Of a DNA stretch of 64,000 nt, positions 30,570 through 40,946 are shown in pieces. The number at the start of each line of letters is the position of its first letter. Position 1 is the stretch's first letter. Made by a program: the position numbers and the translations under genes. Below the pieces are notes generated by a model that saw only the letters and a program-made list of their open reading frames with translations, was not told where the DNA came from and searched no databases. This stretch comes from Candidatus Omnitrophota bacterium (lineage in GTDB: Bacteria > Omnitrophota > Gorgyraeia > Zapsychrales > Fredricksoniimonadaceae). The stretch spans positions 128,184 through 192,183 of the forward strand of contig JAGWKL010000003.1 in NCBI GenBank assembly GCA_028865345.1, in the 5' to 3' direction.

Positions 30570-31907
30570 ATGACCAAGAAAGAGGGAATATTGGGAGAGA
30601 CGACATTGAAAGCTAATGATTATAAAGTCAAGGACATGGGGCTCGCTTCCTGGGGGCGCAAAGAAATCGAGATCGCCCAAACCGAAATGCCGGGCTTGAT
30701 GGCCGTACGCGAAGAATACAAGGCCGGGCAGCCGTTGAAAGGCGCACGCATTGCCGGCTGCATCCACATGACCATCGAGACTGCGGTGTTGATCGAGACC
30801 CTGATTAAATTAGGCGCGCAGGTGCGCTGGTCATCCTGCAATATTTTCTCCACCCAGGACCATGCGGCCGCTGCCATCGCTGCGGCCGGAATTCCGGTAT
30901 TTGCCTGGAAAGGGGAAAGTCTTGAGGAGTATGATTGGTGCATCGAACAGACCATTTATTGGCCGGACGGTCAGGGGCCCAACATGATTTTGGATGACGG
31001 TGGAGACCTGACCAAAATGGTCCATGAAAAATATCCGCAATATTTAAAAGATATCCGTGGGCTTTCGGAAGAGACCACCACCGGAGTCCATCGCCTCTAT
31101 GAAATGATGAAAAACAAGACATTGAAGGTGCCGGCCATGAATGTCAATGATTCGGTCACCAAGTCCAAGTTCGATAATTTGTACGGCTGCCGCGAATCCC
31201 TGATCGACGGCATCAAGCGTGCCACGGACCGCATGATCGCGGGCAAGGTTTGCGTGGTCGCCGGTTACGGGGACGTGGGCAAGGGCTGCGTTCAGTCTTT
31301 TAAAGGTTTGGGCGGGCGCATCATTGTCACGGAGATCGATCCCATATGTGCTTTGCAGGCGGCCATGGAAGGCTATCAGGTCATGCCCATGAACGAAGCG
31401 GCCAAGATCGGCGATATTTTTGTCACTGCCACCGGTTGCATTCATGTCATAACGGCCAAACATCTGGACGCCATGAAGAGCGGGGCGATTGTCTGCAATA
31501 TCGGGCATTTTGATTCCGAAATCGAAATCGCGTATTTGAACGACCGTAAGGACATCAAAAAAGTGCAGATCAAACCCCAGGTCGATGAATACATTTATCC
31601 AAACGGCAAGAAGGTCGTTGTCCTGGCCGAAGGCAGGCTCGTCAATTTAGGTTGCGCCATGGGGCACCCGTCCTTCGTCATGAGCAATTCCTTCACCAAC
31701 CAGGTCCTGGCCCAGATGGAACTTTGGCAAAACGGGCATAAATACGAACATAAGGTTTATACGCTGCCCAAGCACCTGGATGAAAAAGTGGCCGGCCTGC
31801 ATTTGGCCAAGGTCGGCGCCAGGCTTGACGTGCTGACTGCAGAGCAGGCCCAATATTTAGGCGTCAGCCCCCAGGGACCTTTTAAGCCCGATCATTACCG
31901 CTATTAA
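30570..31907 (+). CDS. ahcY: Adenosylhomocysteinase
   Basis: NAD-binding [11 protein letters not shown] and conserved SAH hydrolase blocks; adjacent to metK. Confidence 0.95.
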   Translation: MTKKEGILGETTLKANDYKVKDMGLASWGRKEIEIAQTEMPGLMAVREEYKAGQPLKGARIAGCIHMTIETAVLIETLIKLGAQVRWSSCNIFSTQDHAAAAIAAAGIPVFAWKGESLEEYDWCIEQTIYWPDGQGPNMILDDGGDLTKMVHEKYPQYLKDIRGLSEETTTGVHRLYEMMKNKTLKVPAMNVNDSVTKSKFDNLYGCRESLIDGIKRATDRMIAGKVCVVAGYGDVGKGCVQSFKGLGGRIIVTEIDPICALQAAMEGYQVMPMNEAAKIGDIFVTATGCIHVITAKHLDAMKSGAIVCNIGHFDSEIEIAYLNDRKDIKKVQIKPQVDEYIYPNGKKVVVLAEGRLVNLGCAMGHPSFVMSNSFTNQVLAQMELWQNGHKYEHKVYTLPKHLDEKVAGLHLAKVGARLDVLTAEQAQYLGVSPQGPFKPDHYRY

Positions 31908-31948
31908 TTTATTATTTATGAGTTTTTTCCTGTCCTTGATGCTTCTGG

Positions 31949-31957
31949 TGATATAAT
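31949..31957 (+). promoter_or_regulatory. Extended -10 element TGaTATAAT upstream of pfkA
   Basis: TGATATAAT at 31949-31957, about 70 nt upstream of the pfkA start; no good -35. Confidence 0.3.
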
Positions 31958-32029
31958 AATCAAATTCTCTTATTTCAAACAGGTATAGGCCCAAACAGAA
32001 ATAGTGTTTTCAAGGTAGGAGTCTTTTTT

Positions 32030-33001
32030 ATGGCCAATAAAATCAAGAAGATCGGGATTTTGACCTCCGGCGGCGACGGCCCCGGCATGAACGCGGCCAT
32101 CCGTTCCGTGGTGCGCTATGCCCTGAATTATGACCTTGAAGTGGTGGGCATCATGCGCGGTTATCAGGGGCTTTTGGATGATGATATTGTCCCCATGAAC
32201 CACCGGTCGGTTTCCAATATCATCAATAAGGGCGGAACCATCTTGAAGACCGCCCGCTCCAAGGAATTTTCGACCGATGAAGGCAAGATGAAGGCCGCTG
32301 AGGTCCTGAGACGCAATGCCATCGATGCCTTGATCGTGGTTGGAGGCGACGGTTCCTATAGAGGCGCCAACCGTCTTTATGAATTGACGGGTATCCCTAC
32401 CATTGGTTTGCCGGGGACCATAGATAATGACCTCAACGGCACGGACCAGACCATCGGCTGTTCAACGGCCGTAAACACAGCCTTGGAATCCATCGATAAA
32501 ATCCGCGATACGGCCCAAAGTATGGAACGTATCTTTGTGGTTGAGGTCATGGGCAACAAATCGGGGTATATCGCCATGGAAGTTGCCCTTGCAGCCGGTG
32601 CGGAAGATGTTATAATACCTGAACGCCCTTTTGATTATAATGCCATGTATGATGAGGCCAGGGAAGGCAATGCCAAGGGCAAGATCAGTTGGATCATCGT
32701 GACGGCTGAAGGGGCTGCCAAGGCCCAGACCGTGGCGGAAAATATCACTACGGCCATAGGCCTGGAGACCCGTTACGCAGTTTTAGGTCACGTGCAGCGC
32801 GGCGGTACCCCCAGCGGGCAGGACAGGATCTTGTCCACGCGCCTGGGCGCTGCCGCGGTCGATCTTTTGCTCAACGGCATTTACGGAAAAGCGGTCGGTG
32901 TTTTGCAGGACAAGATCAACGTGGTTGACCTTAAAGATGCTACCCGCCGGATCCATGAGGACATGGACCGGCGTTATCAATTATTGAAAATTTTAACGTA
33001 A
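32030..33001 (+). CDS. pfkA: ATP-dependent 6-phosphofructokinase
   Basis: IGILTSGGDGPGMNAAIRSVVR and GGDGS motifs. Confidence 0.95.
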   Translation: MANKIKKIGILTSGGDGPGMNAAIRSVVRYALNYDLEVVGIMRGYQGLLDDDIVPMNHRSVSNIINKGGTILKTARSKEFSTDEGKMKAAEVLRRNAIDALIVVGGDGSYRGANRLYELTGIPTIGLPGTIDNDLNGTDQTIGCSTAVNTALESIDKIRDTAQSMERIFVVEVMGNKSGYIAMEVALAAGAEDVIIPERPFDYNAMYDEAREGNAKGKISWIIVTAEGAAKAQTVAENITTAIGLETRYAVLGHVQRGGTPSGQDRILSTRLGAAAVDLLLNGIYGKAVGVLQDKINVVDLKDATRRIHEDMDRRYQLLKILT

Positions 33002-33055
33002 AGCCCCATCCTGTAGATAGCAACAAGCGGGGATTTAAGAAGGAGAGGCGGTCAC

Positions 33056-34372
33056 ATGGCAGTCAAGTCGGGTTTTGATGTCGATGCAACAGTCCAGAAA
33101 CTGGTGATGAGCGATAATATCAAGGAAAAGGAGGCTTTGGCCCGTGAAATCCAGGCGGAGGCAAAGTCCCGCGGGGTATTTCTGGCCTCCATCCATGAGG
33201 TGTATATGGCGCGCGGCAAAGGACAGGGCAAGAATTTCACGACGCCGGCCATGAACCTGCGTTGTTTGACCTATCATCTGGCCCGTGCCATTTTCCGCGT
33301 GGCCAAACGTTTGAATGCCGGCGCTTTTATCTTTGAGATCGCCAAATCGGAAATGGGCTATACGGCCCAGCCGCCCATTGAGTATTCCGCGGTTATTTTA
33401 GCGGCCGCCGTTAAGGAAGGCCATCGGGGACCGGTGTTCGTGCAAGGGGACCATTGCCAGATCAAGGCCAGCAGCTATTTCGAAAATAAGGCCAAGGAAG
33501 TTTCCGGCTTGAAAGACATGGTGGCAGACTGTATCGCCGCCGGCTTTTATAATATCGACGTCGATTCTTCCACGACCGTTAAATTGGACCGTCCGACCCT
33601 GACAGAACAGCAGCGCGATAATTTTGAAGTGTGCGCGGACATGTCGGCTTTTATCCGTAAGATCCAGCCGAAAGGCCTGCAGATCTCCATCGGCGGGGAG
33701 ATCGGTGAAGTCGGTCATAAGAATTCCACCGTTGAGGAGTTGGTGGCCTTCACCGAAGGTTATAACAAAGCCCTGCCTAAAGGCTTGGTCGGTTTAAGCA
33801 AGATTTCCGTACAAACAGGAACTTCCCACGGCGGGACCGTGTTGCCTGACGGCTCCATTGCCAAGGCCAATGTGGATTTTGATACTTTGAAAAACATCTC
33901 TGCGGCCGCCCGGCAGAAATTCGGCATGGGCGGGGCTGTCCAGCACGGCGCCTCTACCTTAAGCGATGACCAGTTCCATAAATTCCCGGAAGTCAACACG
34001 GTTGAGATCCATTTGGCCACCAATTTTCAAAACAAGACCCTGGATAACCTGCCCAAGGACCTTTACCAAAAGATGATGGACTGGACCAAGGCCAACTGCC
34101 AGAGTGAACGTAAAAGCACCGACACCGAGGAGCAGTTTTTATACAAGGCCCGTAAACGCGCTTTAGGGCAGTTTAAAAAAGAGATTTACGGCCTGCCTGA
34201 AAGCGTCAAAGAAGGCATTGCCGCTCAACTGGAAAAGAATTTTGAATTCCTTTTTAAGCAGCTTAATGTGGGGGACACAAAAGATTTTGTGACTTCCATC
34301 GTTAAGCCGGTGGATACGGCCATCGGTTTGCGTCAGACACAGGCCCATTTAGACGGCGAAGGGGATGATTAA
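33056..34372 (+). CDS. Class II fructose-bisphosphate aldolase-family protein (long, ~438-aa form)
   Basis: QGDHCQ (cf. class II HTDHC zinc site) and ISIGGEIGEVG (cf. GGEED) motifs; lies next to pfkA. Confidence 0.6.
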   Translation: MAVKSGFDVDATVQKLVMSDNIKEKEALAREIQAEAKSRGVFLASIHEVYMARGKGQGKNFTTPAMNLRCLTYHLARAIFRVAKRLNAGAFIFEIAKSEMGYTAQPPIEYSAVILAAAVKEGHRGPVFVQGDHCQIKASSYFENKAKEVSGLKDMVADCIAAGFYNIDVDSSTTVKLDRPTLTEQQRDNFEVCADMSAFIRKIQPKGLQISIGGEIGEVGHKNSTVEELVAFTEGYNKALPKGLVGLSKISVQTGTSHGGTVLPDGSIAKANVDFDTLKNISAAARQKFGMGGAVQHGASTLSDDQFHKFPEVNTVEIHLATNFQNKTLDNLPKDLYQKMMDWTKANCQSERKSTDTEEQFLYKARKRALGQFKKEIYGLPESVKEGIAAQLEKNFEFLFKQLNVGDTKDFVTSIVKPVDTAIGLRQTQAHLDGEGDD

Positions 34373-34607
34373 TCCTGATCAACAAAAGATCAATGAAGAT
34401 CAGTGGCATAATCAAGACAATTGGAGCGGACCGTTCTATTCGAGCAAAAAAGACGACCGGCTCTGGGTCCCTAAAAGAAATCCTGTCTTTGGCTGGACGA
34501 TCAATTTTGGTCATAAGTACGGGCTTCTGACAATGATCATGATCAGCATCGTTCCTTTGATCGCGGTCGCTGTCGGTTTAACAGCAGTTTTAAGCACAAG
34601 ACATTAA
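34365..34607 (+). CDS. Small membrane protein (W-x-G-P-x-Y ... R-L-W-V-P-K ... G-W-T-x-N-F motif, DUF5808-like) with C-terminal TM helix
   Basis: 80-aa ORF overlapping the aldolase stop by 8 nt; C-terminal hydrophobic stretch LLTMIMISIVPLIAVAVGL. Confidence 0.4.
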   Translation: MINPDQQKINEDQWHNQDNWSGPFYSSKKDDRLWVPKRNPVFGWTINFGHKYGLLTMIMISIVPLIAVAVGLTAVLSTRH

Positions 34608-34625
34608 TATAAGGAAAAAATAAAA

Positions 34626-35618
34626 ATGGCTAAGATTTTTTACGATAAAGATTGCAAAATCAATGATATTAAGGACAAGACCATCGCCGTGGTGGGGTAC
34701 GGTATCCAGGGACGCGGCCAGGCGTTGAATTTGCGCGACAGCGGCTTGAAGGTCATCGTAGCGCAGCGGCCGGGCGGCCCTAATTATGAGAAGGCCATTG
34801 AAGATGGGTTTAAGCCGGTGTCCGTCGATGAGGCCACGCGCAAGGCAGAGGTGATCATCCTTTTGACCCAGGACCATCTGCAGGCGGATATTTACAGGAA
34901 TTCCATCGAGCCTTACCTGACCAGGGGCAAGGCCCTGGCGTTCTCCCACGGGTTCAATATCCATTTTAAATTCATCGTTCCTCCTAAGGACGTCGACGTT
35001 TTCATGATCGCGCCCAAAGGTCCCGGGGCCCTGGTGCGGCGCCAGTATGAAGAAGGCCGCGGCGTGCCATGCCTGGTGGCCGTGCATCAAAATGCCACAG
35101 GCAAGGCCCTAAAGATCGCTTTGGCTTATGCCAAAGGCATCGGCGGTTCCCGCGCAGGGATCATCCAGACGACATTCAAGGAAGAAACGGAAACCGACCT
35201 GTTCGGCGAACAGTCTGTTTTGTGCGGGGGCGCCAGTGAGCTCATCAAGGCGGGTTGGGAGACCCTGGTTGCGGCGGGCTATCAGCCGGAAATCGCCTAT
35301 TTTGAATGCCTGCATGAATTGAAATTGATCGTGGATTTGATCTACGAAGACGGCATCCAGGGCATGCGCAGGCGCGTTTCCGATACTGCGGAATACGGGG
35401 ACATGACCCGCGGTAAACGCATTGTGGATGCCCGTACCCGTAAAGAAATGCAAAAGATATTAAAAGAAATTCAAACGGGCAAATTTGCCGGGGAATGGAT
35501 GGCCGAAAACAAAAAAGGCCGCAAGAATTTCCTTAAGATGCGTAAAATAGGCGAAAAACATCCGGTTGAAAAAGTGGGTGCCCGACTTCGGGCCATGATG
35601 AGCTGGATGAAAAAGTAA
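34626..35618 (+). CDS. ilvC: Ketol-acid reductoisomerase
   Basis: [21 protein letters not shown] Rossmann N-terminus and conserved KARI blocks. Confidence 0.95.
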   Translation: MAKIFYDKDCKINDIKDKTIAVVGYGIQGRGQALNLRDSGLKVIVAQRPGGPNYEKAIEDGFKPVSVDEATRKAEVIILLTQDHLQADIYRNSIEPYLTRGKALAFSHGFNIHFKFIVPPKDVDVFMIAPKGPGALVRRQYEEGRGVPCLVAVHQNATGKALKIALAYAKGIGGSRAGIIQTTFKEETETDLFGEQSVLCGGASELIKAGWETLVAAGYQPEIAYFECLHELKLIVDLIYEDGIQGMRRRVSDTAEYGDMTRGKRIVDARTRKEMQKILKEIQTGKFAGEWMAENKKGRKNFLKMRKIGEKHPVEKVGARLRAMMSWMKK

Positions 35619-35658
35619 AACTGTTGATTACACCATAGGAAAAGTTATTATATACTAA

Positions 35659-35690
35659 GGGCGGCTTCAACAGCCGCCCTTCATTTTTGT
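35659..35690 (+). terminator. Rho-independent terminator after ilvC
   Basis: GGGCGGCT-TCAAC-AGCCGCCC hairpin followed by TTCATTTTTGT. Confidence 0.6.
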
Positions 35691-35704
35691 CAGCGAGGCC
35701 ATTT

Positions 35705-37231
35705 ATGAAAAACGACAAGGTTTTTGTATTTGATACTACTTTAAGGGATGGGGAGCAGGCTCCCGGAGCCACCATGGGCCCGGAAGAAAAGTTGGAGATC
35801 GCTTTTGCCCTGGAACGCCTGGGCGTCGATATCATTGAGGCCGGTTTTCCGGTTTCTTCTCCGGGGGATTTTGCTTCAGTGCAGAATGTGGCGCGGCACA
35901 TCAAAGATTCCTGTGTGTGCGGCCTGGCCCGTTCCATTGTCAAAGATATCGATGCCGTTATTGAGGCGGTCAAACCGGCCAAGCACAAACGCATTCACAT
36001 CTTTTTGGCCACATCTTCCATCCATTTGCAGCATAAGTTGAGAAAAAGCCAGGATGAAATTGTGGCCATGGCCGTTGAGTCCGTCAAGTATGCGCGCAAG
36101 CGGATGGACAATATTGAATTCTCACCGGAAGACGCGTCCCGTACGGAGAAAAGCTTCCTGTACCGTATTTTGGAAGAGGTCATCAGGTGCGGTGCCACCA
36201 CGGTCAATATTCCGGATACGGTCGGCTACAGCACGCCCGAAGAATACGGGGCGGTGATCGCCGGGATATGCAATAATGTTCCCAACATCGGCAAGGCGGT
36301 TGTTTCCGTCCATTGCCATGATGACTTGGGGTTAGGTGTGGCTAATTCCCTGGCAGGTGTCGCCGGCGGTGCGCGGCAAGTTGAATGCACCATCAACGGC
36401 ATCGGGGAGCGGGCGGGCAATGCCTCTATGGAGGAAATTGTCATGTCCTTAAGGACCCGTCAGGACTTTTATCATTTGTCGACCAACATCAAAACAAAAG
36501 AGTTTTACCGCATTTCCCGCATGGTCTCAAAGGCCACCGGCTTTATTGTACCGCCCAACAAGGCGATTGTGGGGGCCAATGCCTTTCGTCATGAATCCGG
36601 CATCCATCAGGACGGTGTCCTGAAAGAGCGGCGCACCTACGAGATCATGGACCCTGAAGATGTCGGCGTGCCGTCGACAGAAGGCCTGGTCCTGGGCAAA
36701 CATTCCGGGCGCCATGCGTTCAAAGACAGGTTAAAAGGCTTAGGCATCGAGTTGCCTGAGGTTGATCTGGACAAGGCCTTTGCCCGGTTCAAAGACCTGG
36801 CCGACAAAAAGAAGGAAATTTACGACGAAGACCTGGCGGCCATTGTCGAAGACCAGGGACATATGGCCCATGTGGCTTACAGTTTGGCGGACTTGATTTC
36901 CACCAGCGGCACCAACATTGCCCCTGAGGTGACGGTCACCGTCTTATATAAGGGCAAAAAGCGTTCTCAAAGGTCCACCGGAGACGGGCCGGTGGATGCC
37001 TGCTATAAAGCCATCGAAGCATTGACAAAGTTGAAAATCAAATTATTGGATTACGGCATCAAGTCTGTGACCCAGGGCAAGGATGCTTTGGGCGAGGTGA
37101 CGGTCAAGGTCGCCGTCGAGGGGGAAACGGTGATCGGCCGCGCGGCCAGCACGGACATCATCGAGGCCTCAGCCAAAGCCTATATCAACGCCATTAACAA
37201 ATATGTGGCCCAGCAGAAATTAAGAAAATGA
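35705..37231 (+). CDS. leuA: 2-isopropylmalate synthase
   Basis: VFVFDTTLRDGEQAPGA, HCHDDLG and regulatory C-terminal domain; GAGG SD 8 nt upstream of ATG 35705. Confidence 0.95.
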   Translation: MKNDKVFVFDTTLRDGEQAPGATMGPEEKLEIAFALERLGVDIIEAGFPVSSPGDFASVQNVARHIKDSCVCGLARSIVKDIDAVIEAVKPAKHKRIHIFLATSSIHLQHKLRKSQDEIVAMAVESVKYARKRMDNIEFSPEDASRTEKSFLYRILEEVIRCGATTVNIPDTVGYSTPEEYGAVIAGICNNVPNIGKAVVSVHCHDDLGLGVANSLAGVAGGARQVECTINGIGERAGNASMEEIVMSLRTRQDFYHLSTNIKTKEFYRISRMVSKATGFIVPPNKAIVGANAFRHESGIHQDGVLKERRTYEIMDPEDVGVPSTEGLVLGKHSGRHAFKDRLKGLGIELPEVDLDKAFARFKDLADKKKEIYDEDLAAIVEDQGHMAHVAYSLADLISTSGTNIAPEVTVTVLYKGKKRSQRSTGDGPVDACYKAIEALTKLKIKLLDYGIKSVTQGKDALGEVTVKVAVEGETVIGRAASTDIIEASAKAYINAINKYVAQQKLRK

Positions 37232-38109
37232 ATTATGAACCTCCGGCCATATACGGAATTATCGGCAATCCGGTCGAACGCAGCCTGTCTCCGGTGATGC
37301 ACAATACCGCTTTTAAGGCCTTAAAAGTCAATGCTGTCTACAAATTGTTCCCTTTGGCCGATGCCCAGGACCTCAAGCTCTTTATGGAAGACCTCAAGGA
37401 GCAGGACAATCCCGTTTTCGGCCTTAATGTGACTGTCCCGTATAAAGAGGATGTGTTGCCTTATCTGGACAGCGTGGATGCTTTGGCCGACAAAATAGGC
37501 GCGGTCAATACCATTGTCATCGACCACCAGCGCAAGCTGCACGGGTTCAATACCGACGGCCCGGGTTTCATGAGCCATTTGACGGAACTCGGATTTGATT
37601 TTAAAGGCAAGCGTCTGGCCGTTCTGGGCGCGGGAGGTACGGCCCGTGCCATTATAAGCGTCCTGTGCCTGCTGCCCGAGGGGCCGGAGAGTATTGCCGT
37701 TTATAACCGTACCCGGGGCAACGCCGATGTCCTGCTTGAAGACTTGCGGCAAAAGATCCCTGTGGAAAAGGTCCGTATCGTCGATGAGCCGGAAGACCTC
37801 AACATTGAATTGGCGGACCTTTTGATCAATACGACCAATGTGGGGATGAAGGACAGCGAGGCGCTTTTGATCGATGCAGGGGCCTTGCATAAAGACATGC
37901 TGGTGTATGATGTCATTTATAATCCGCAGGAAACAAAACTGCTTAAAGAAGCCCGTGCCCGGGGCGCCCGGACATCCAACGGATTGGGGATGCTGTTTTT
38001 TCAGGGAATGCTGGCTTTTTGGCATTGGTCGGATGTAGAATTGGATGAGGAGATAAAAAAAATAGTGAGAAAATCTTTAGGGGAGGCGAGCCTGAGACAT
38101 GGATCTTAA
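37228..38109 (+). CDS. aroE: Shikimate dehydrogenase
   Basis: IYGIIGNPVERSLSPVMHNTAF N-terminus; GAGGTARA NADP site. Confidence 0.85.
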   Translation: MNYEPPAIYGIIGNPVERSLSPVMHNTAFKALKVNAVYKLFPLADAQDLKLFMEDLKEQDNPVFGLNVTVPYKEDVLPYLDSVDALADKIGAVNTIVIDHQRKLHGFNTDGPGFMSHLTELGFDFKGKRLAVLGAGGTARAIISVLCLLPEGPESIAVYNRTRGNADVLLEDLRQKIPVEKVRIVDEPEDLNIELADLLINTTNVGMKDSEALLIDAGALHKDMLVYDVIYNPQETKLLKEARARGARTSNGLGMLFFQGMLAFWHWSDVELDEEIKKIVRKSLGEASLRHGS

Positions 38110-38899
38110 TATTTTGTTCGGTGTTTTTGTGTTTATTATGGGAGCGATCATCGGCAGTTTTCTTAACGTCTGCATTGTGCGCCTTCCGTTGGAGAAATCC
38201 ATTGTCCGTCCGGGGTCGCATTGCGTGGCTTGCAAGGCGCCGATCGCTTGGTACGATAATATCCCCCTGATCAGCTGGCTCGTGTTGGGCGGCCGTTGCC
38301 GCGCTTGCAAAGCCAAAATATCCTTTCGTTATTGGCTGGTTGAGCTGCTGACAGGATCGGTGTTTTTTCTTTTTTGGCGGTATTACGGGATGCATGCGGT
38401 TTTATGGCCCTATCTGGTCATGATGAGCGGTTTTATTGTGGCGACTTTCGTGGATTTTGAGCACCGCATCATCCCCGATGAGGTTTCCATCGGCGGCATC
38501 GTCGCCGGGTTGGCTTTTAGTCTGGTTGTCCCGCAATTGCAGGGGGCAACCTCTCCATTATGGGGGTTTTGCCTTTCCCTGCTGGGGGTGTTGGCGGGAG
38601 GGGGCGTTATTTATTTGATGGGCATGATCGGCGATTTTGTTTTCAAGAAAGAGACCATGGGCGGCGGAGATGTGAAGTTAATGGGCATGGTTGGCGCTTT
38701 TATGGGCTGGAAACTGGCTTTATTGACCTTTTTCCTGGCCCCGTTTTTCGGAGCTGTTTATGGCATCATCGAAAAGATCCGCACCAAGGACAGCGCCATC
38801 GCTTATGGCCCTTTTTTGATCCTGGGGGCTTTGACAAGCCTGTTTTGGGGCGAGAGAATCATTCATTATGTGATCACAGGGGGAGTTTATCACTTATGA
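38099..38899 (+). CDS. pilD: Prepilin peptidase (type IV leader peptidase / N-methyltransferase, A24 family)
   Basis: N-terminal zinc-binding CxxC...CxxC pair (HCVACKAPIAWYDNIPLISWLVLGGRCRACKAKI) plus polytopic membrane domain. Confidence 0.85.
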   Translation: MDLNILFGVFVFIMGAIIGSFLNVCIVRLPLEKSIVRPGSHCVACKAPIAWYDNIPLISWLVLGGRCRACKAKISFRYWLVELLTGSVFFLFWRYYGMHAVLWPYLVMMSGFIVATFVDFEHRIIPDEVSIGGIVAGLAFSLVVPQLQGATSPLWGFCLSLLGVLAGGGVIYLMGMIGDFVFKKETMGGGDVKLMGMVGAFMGWKLALLTFFLAPFFGAVYGIIEKIRTKDSAIAYGPFLILGALTSLFWGERIIHYVITGGVYHL

Positions 38900-39309
38900 T
38901 CAGAGCGTTGTGCGTTTTATCGTGCTTATTGTTTTCCGCGGCCGCGGCCGGTTTTGCCACGCCGCCGACCAGCATCAGTTTGGCATATGATATGGGCAAG
39001 GGGAGTTTGCATGTGGAAGCGCTGCACGAATCATTCAATCTCACAAAAAGTTATGTACGCCTGATGTACGTTTATCTCAACGGCGAGCGGGTTTTGAGCC
39101 GGAACTATTATAAACAAGATGCCTATGATAGATTTACCGACGACCTTCCTCTCACCGCCAAGGTGGGGGATATGATCAAAGTTGATTTGTTCTGTACTTT
39201 GGGCGGAGAAAAGGCCCAAGAATTAAAGGTCACAAGTACGGGTATTTCACAGACTCAAAACGCCGCTGATGAGCCTGCCGCAAACGGCGCAGCACAACAG
39301 GAGGAATAG
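38897..39309 (+). CDS. Small secreted hypothetical protein (Sec signal peptide)
   Basis: MIRALCVLSCLLFSAAAAGFA signal peptide; start overlaps the pilD stop. The longer out-of-frame N-terminus in the ORF track (38560) is discounted. Confidence 0.5.
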
Positions 39310-39313
39310 GGTC

Positions 39314-39637
39314 ATGCGTTATTGTATTTTATTGGTTTTACTTCTTGCCGCTTCTCCGGTATCGGCCCAGAACGCCGCTCCTGTTCAGACGGCCATGCCG
39401 GTTGAACGTACATGGATCCACAATGTCCTTATCAAAGGGTTTGTCCTGGATAACAGGGGCCAATTTGTCAAATTATTCAGGCCCTACCGTAACAAGCGTT
39501 TGTCCAGCGCTGATATGGGCGATATCCTTCAACACCTCCAGGAGATTTATGAAGAAGCGGGGTATCAAGGCCTGGTCTCCATAAACTATCATGTCCGTAA
39601 AAAATATTTAATTTTTACGGTTTCCTTGATTAAATAA
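39314..39637 (+). CDS. Small secreted protein consisting essentially of a single POTRA-like domain (no beta-barrel)
   Basis: Signal peptide MRYCILLVLLLAASPVSAQNA; AGGAGGAA SD upstream. IKGFVLDNRGQFVKLFRPYRNKRLSSADMGDILQHLQEIYEEAGYQGLVSINYHV resembles TpsB/BamA POTRA consensus. Confidence 0.5.
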   Translation: MRYCILLVLLLAASPVSAQNAAPVQTAMPVERTWIHNVLIKGFVLDNRGQFVKLFRPYRNKRLSSADMGDILQHLQEIYEEAGYQGLVSINYHVRKKYLIFTVSLIK

Positions 39638-39639
39638 TA

Positions 39640-40275
39640 ATGAAGCAGAAACGGGTTTATTTTTGGGCATGTGTTGTCCTTTTGGGGCTTGTGCTGATGG
39701 TTGGGGCCATTCCTTTTCTTCGCGCCGTGGGTTCTTTTTTAGTGGTGAAAGATAAATTGCAGCCGGCAGATATTGTTATCGTGCTGGCCCACGCCCAAGA
39801 CCGGGTGGCCCAGGCCGTTCAATTATATAAAGAAGGGTATTCCAAATTGCTCATTATGAGCGGCGGCAGACAGCTTCCTTCAGGAAACATCGAAGCTGTC
39901 CAGATGAAACAGGAGGCTGTGCAAGCCGGCGTGCCTCCGGACAGGATATGGCTGGACCTCAAGACGATGCATACGTTTCAAGACCCCATTTTTCTTAAAC
40001 CCGTTTTATTGAGCCATGGTTTTAAATCAGCCATTGTGGTGACCTCTCCCTATCATACGCGCCGCGCCGCCATGATATTTAACCGGATGGCCGAAAAGAC
40101 CGGTATCAAGATAATGTATTGCCCCGCCCAAAACAGCAGGTTTGACCCTCAACGTTGGTGGCTGAGTTGCGAAGGATGGAAAGACGTTTTCTGGGAATAT
40201 GCAAAAATGGCGGTCAATTTTTGGGGGACGGGTGTCGATAATTTTGTATGCCGCCTATTGGGGCTGAATGGATGA
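39640..40275 (+). CDS. DUF218 (YdcF/SanA/ElyC-like) domain protein with N-terminal TM anchor
   Basis: N-terminal TM helix, then ADIVIVLAH...LLIMSGG...VVTSPYHTRRA blocks typical of DUF218. Confidence 0.7.
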   Translation: MKQKRVYFWACVVLLGLVLMVGAIPFLRAVGSFLVVKDKLQPADIVIVLAHAQDRVAQAVQLYKEGYSKLLIMSGGRQLPSGNIEAVQMKQEAVQAGVPPDRIWLDLKTMHTFQDPIFLKPVLLSHGFKSAIVVTSPYHTRRAAMIFNRMAEKTGIKIMYCPAQNSRFDPQRWWLSCEGWKDVFWEYAKMAVNFWGTGVDNFVCRLLGLNG

Positions 40276-40772
40276 ATAAGAATATTGTTTTAATCGGGTT
40301 TATGGGCTCAGGAAAATCCATGATCGCCCGCCAATTGGGCAAGCGCCTGAAACGCCAGGTCGTGGCCACTGATGATCTGATCGAGGCCGGGCAAGGCATG
40401 AAGATCATGGATATTTTTAAGTCCAAAGGCGAGGCGTGTTTCCGCGACCTCGAGCGGGACATTGTTTTGGAGGTCTCCAGGCGTCAGGGCATCATCATCG
40501 ATTGCGGCGGAGGCGTTGTCCTGCGTAAAGAAAACTTGGCAAATCTTAAAACCAATGGTATTGTATTCTACCTCCAGGCGGCGCCGGAAGTCATTTATGA
40601 GCGTATCAGGCATGAACGCCACCGGCCCTTGCTCAAAGGACCCGACCCCCTCGGGTGTATTAAAGAACTCTACATTCAACGGCTCCCCCTGTACAACCAG
40701 GCTGATCATGTGATCGACGCCAACGACCCGTCGATTGAAGGCCCCATCGGCGAAATTTTAAAAAGAATATAA
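40272..40772 (+). CDS. aroK: Shikimate kinase
   Basis: MNKNIVLIGFMGSGKSMIARQLGKRL Walker A N-terminus; 166 aa. Confidence 0.85.
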   Translation: MNKNIVLIGFMGSGKSMIARQLGKRLKRQVVATDDLIEAGQGMKIMDIFKSKGEACFRDLERDIVLEVSRRQGIIIDCGGGVVLRKENLANLKTNGIVFYLQAAPEVIYERIRHERHRPLLKGPDPLGCIKELYIQRLPLYNQADHVIDANDPSIEGPIGEILKRI

Positions 40773-40823
40773 AAATTTCGCTTCAGCCAACTGTACGCAT
40801 TCGAAGCAATTGGGCCTTTTAGA

Positions 40824-40858
40824 AGGCCCGGTTGCCGAAATCCTCAAGAAAATATAAA
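40824..40858 (+). repeat. Degenerate duplicate of the aroK 3' end (encodes GPVAEILKKI-stop, cf. authentic GPIGEILKRI-stop 80 nt upstream)
   Basis: GGCCCGGTTGCCGAAATCCTCAAGAAAATATAA vs GGCCCCATCGGCGAAATTTTAAAAAGAATATAA at 40742-40774. Confidence 0.45.
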
Positions 40859-40895
40859 TCTACGGGTAGTATTAAGACACGCGATGGATATGGCG

Positions 40896-40946
40896 GGCCA
40901 AACTCCTTTCGCCAAGGTATTGGGTTTCCCAATACCTCGTTTGGCC
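40896..40946 (+). other. Extended hairpin (outer stem GGCCAAAC/GTTTGGCC enclosing a 10-bp stem AGGTATTGGG/CCCAATACCT) in the 380-nt aroK-dprA spacer; candidate small structured RNA or REP-like element
   Basis: Nested perfect inverted repeats read directly from sequence. Confidence 0.4.

Noticed and set aside
35619-35704. Leucine leader peptide/attenuator upstream of leuA
   Set aside because: The hairpin plus T-run here is adequately explained as the ilvC terminator, and there is no short Leu-codon-rich ORF.
38560-38896. Upstream part of the 249-aa ORF that overlaps pilD in another frame
   Set aside because: The Gly/Arg-rich out-of-frame translation lies inside the well-supported pilD gene. 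The signal-peptide start at 38897 is the plausible initiation.
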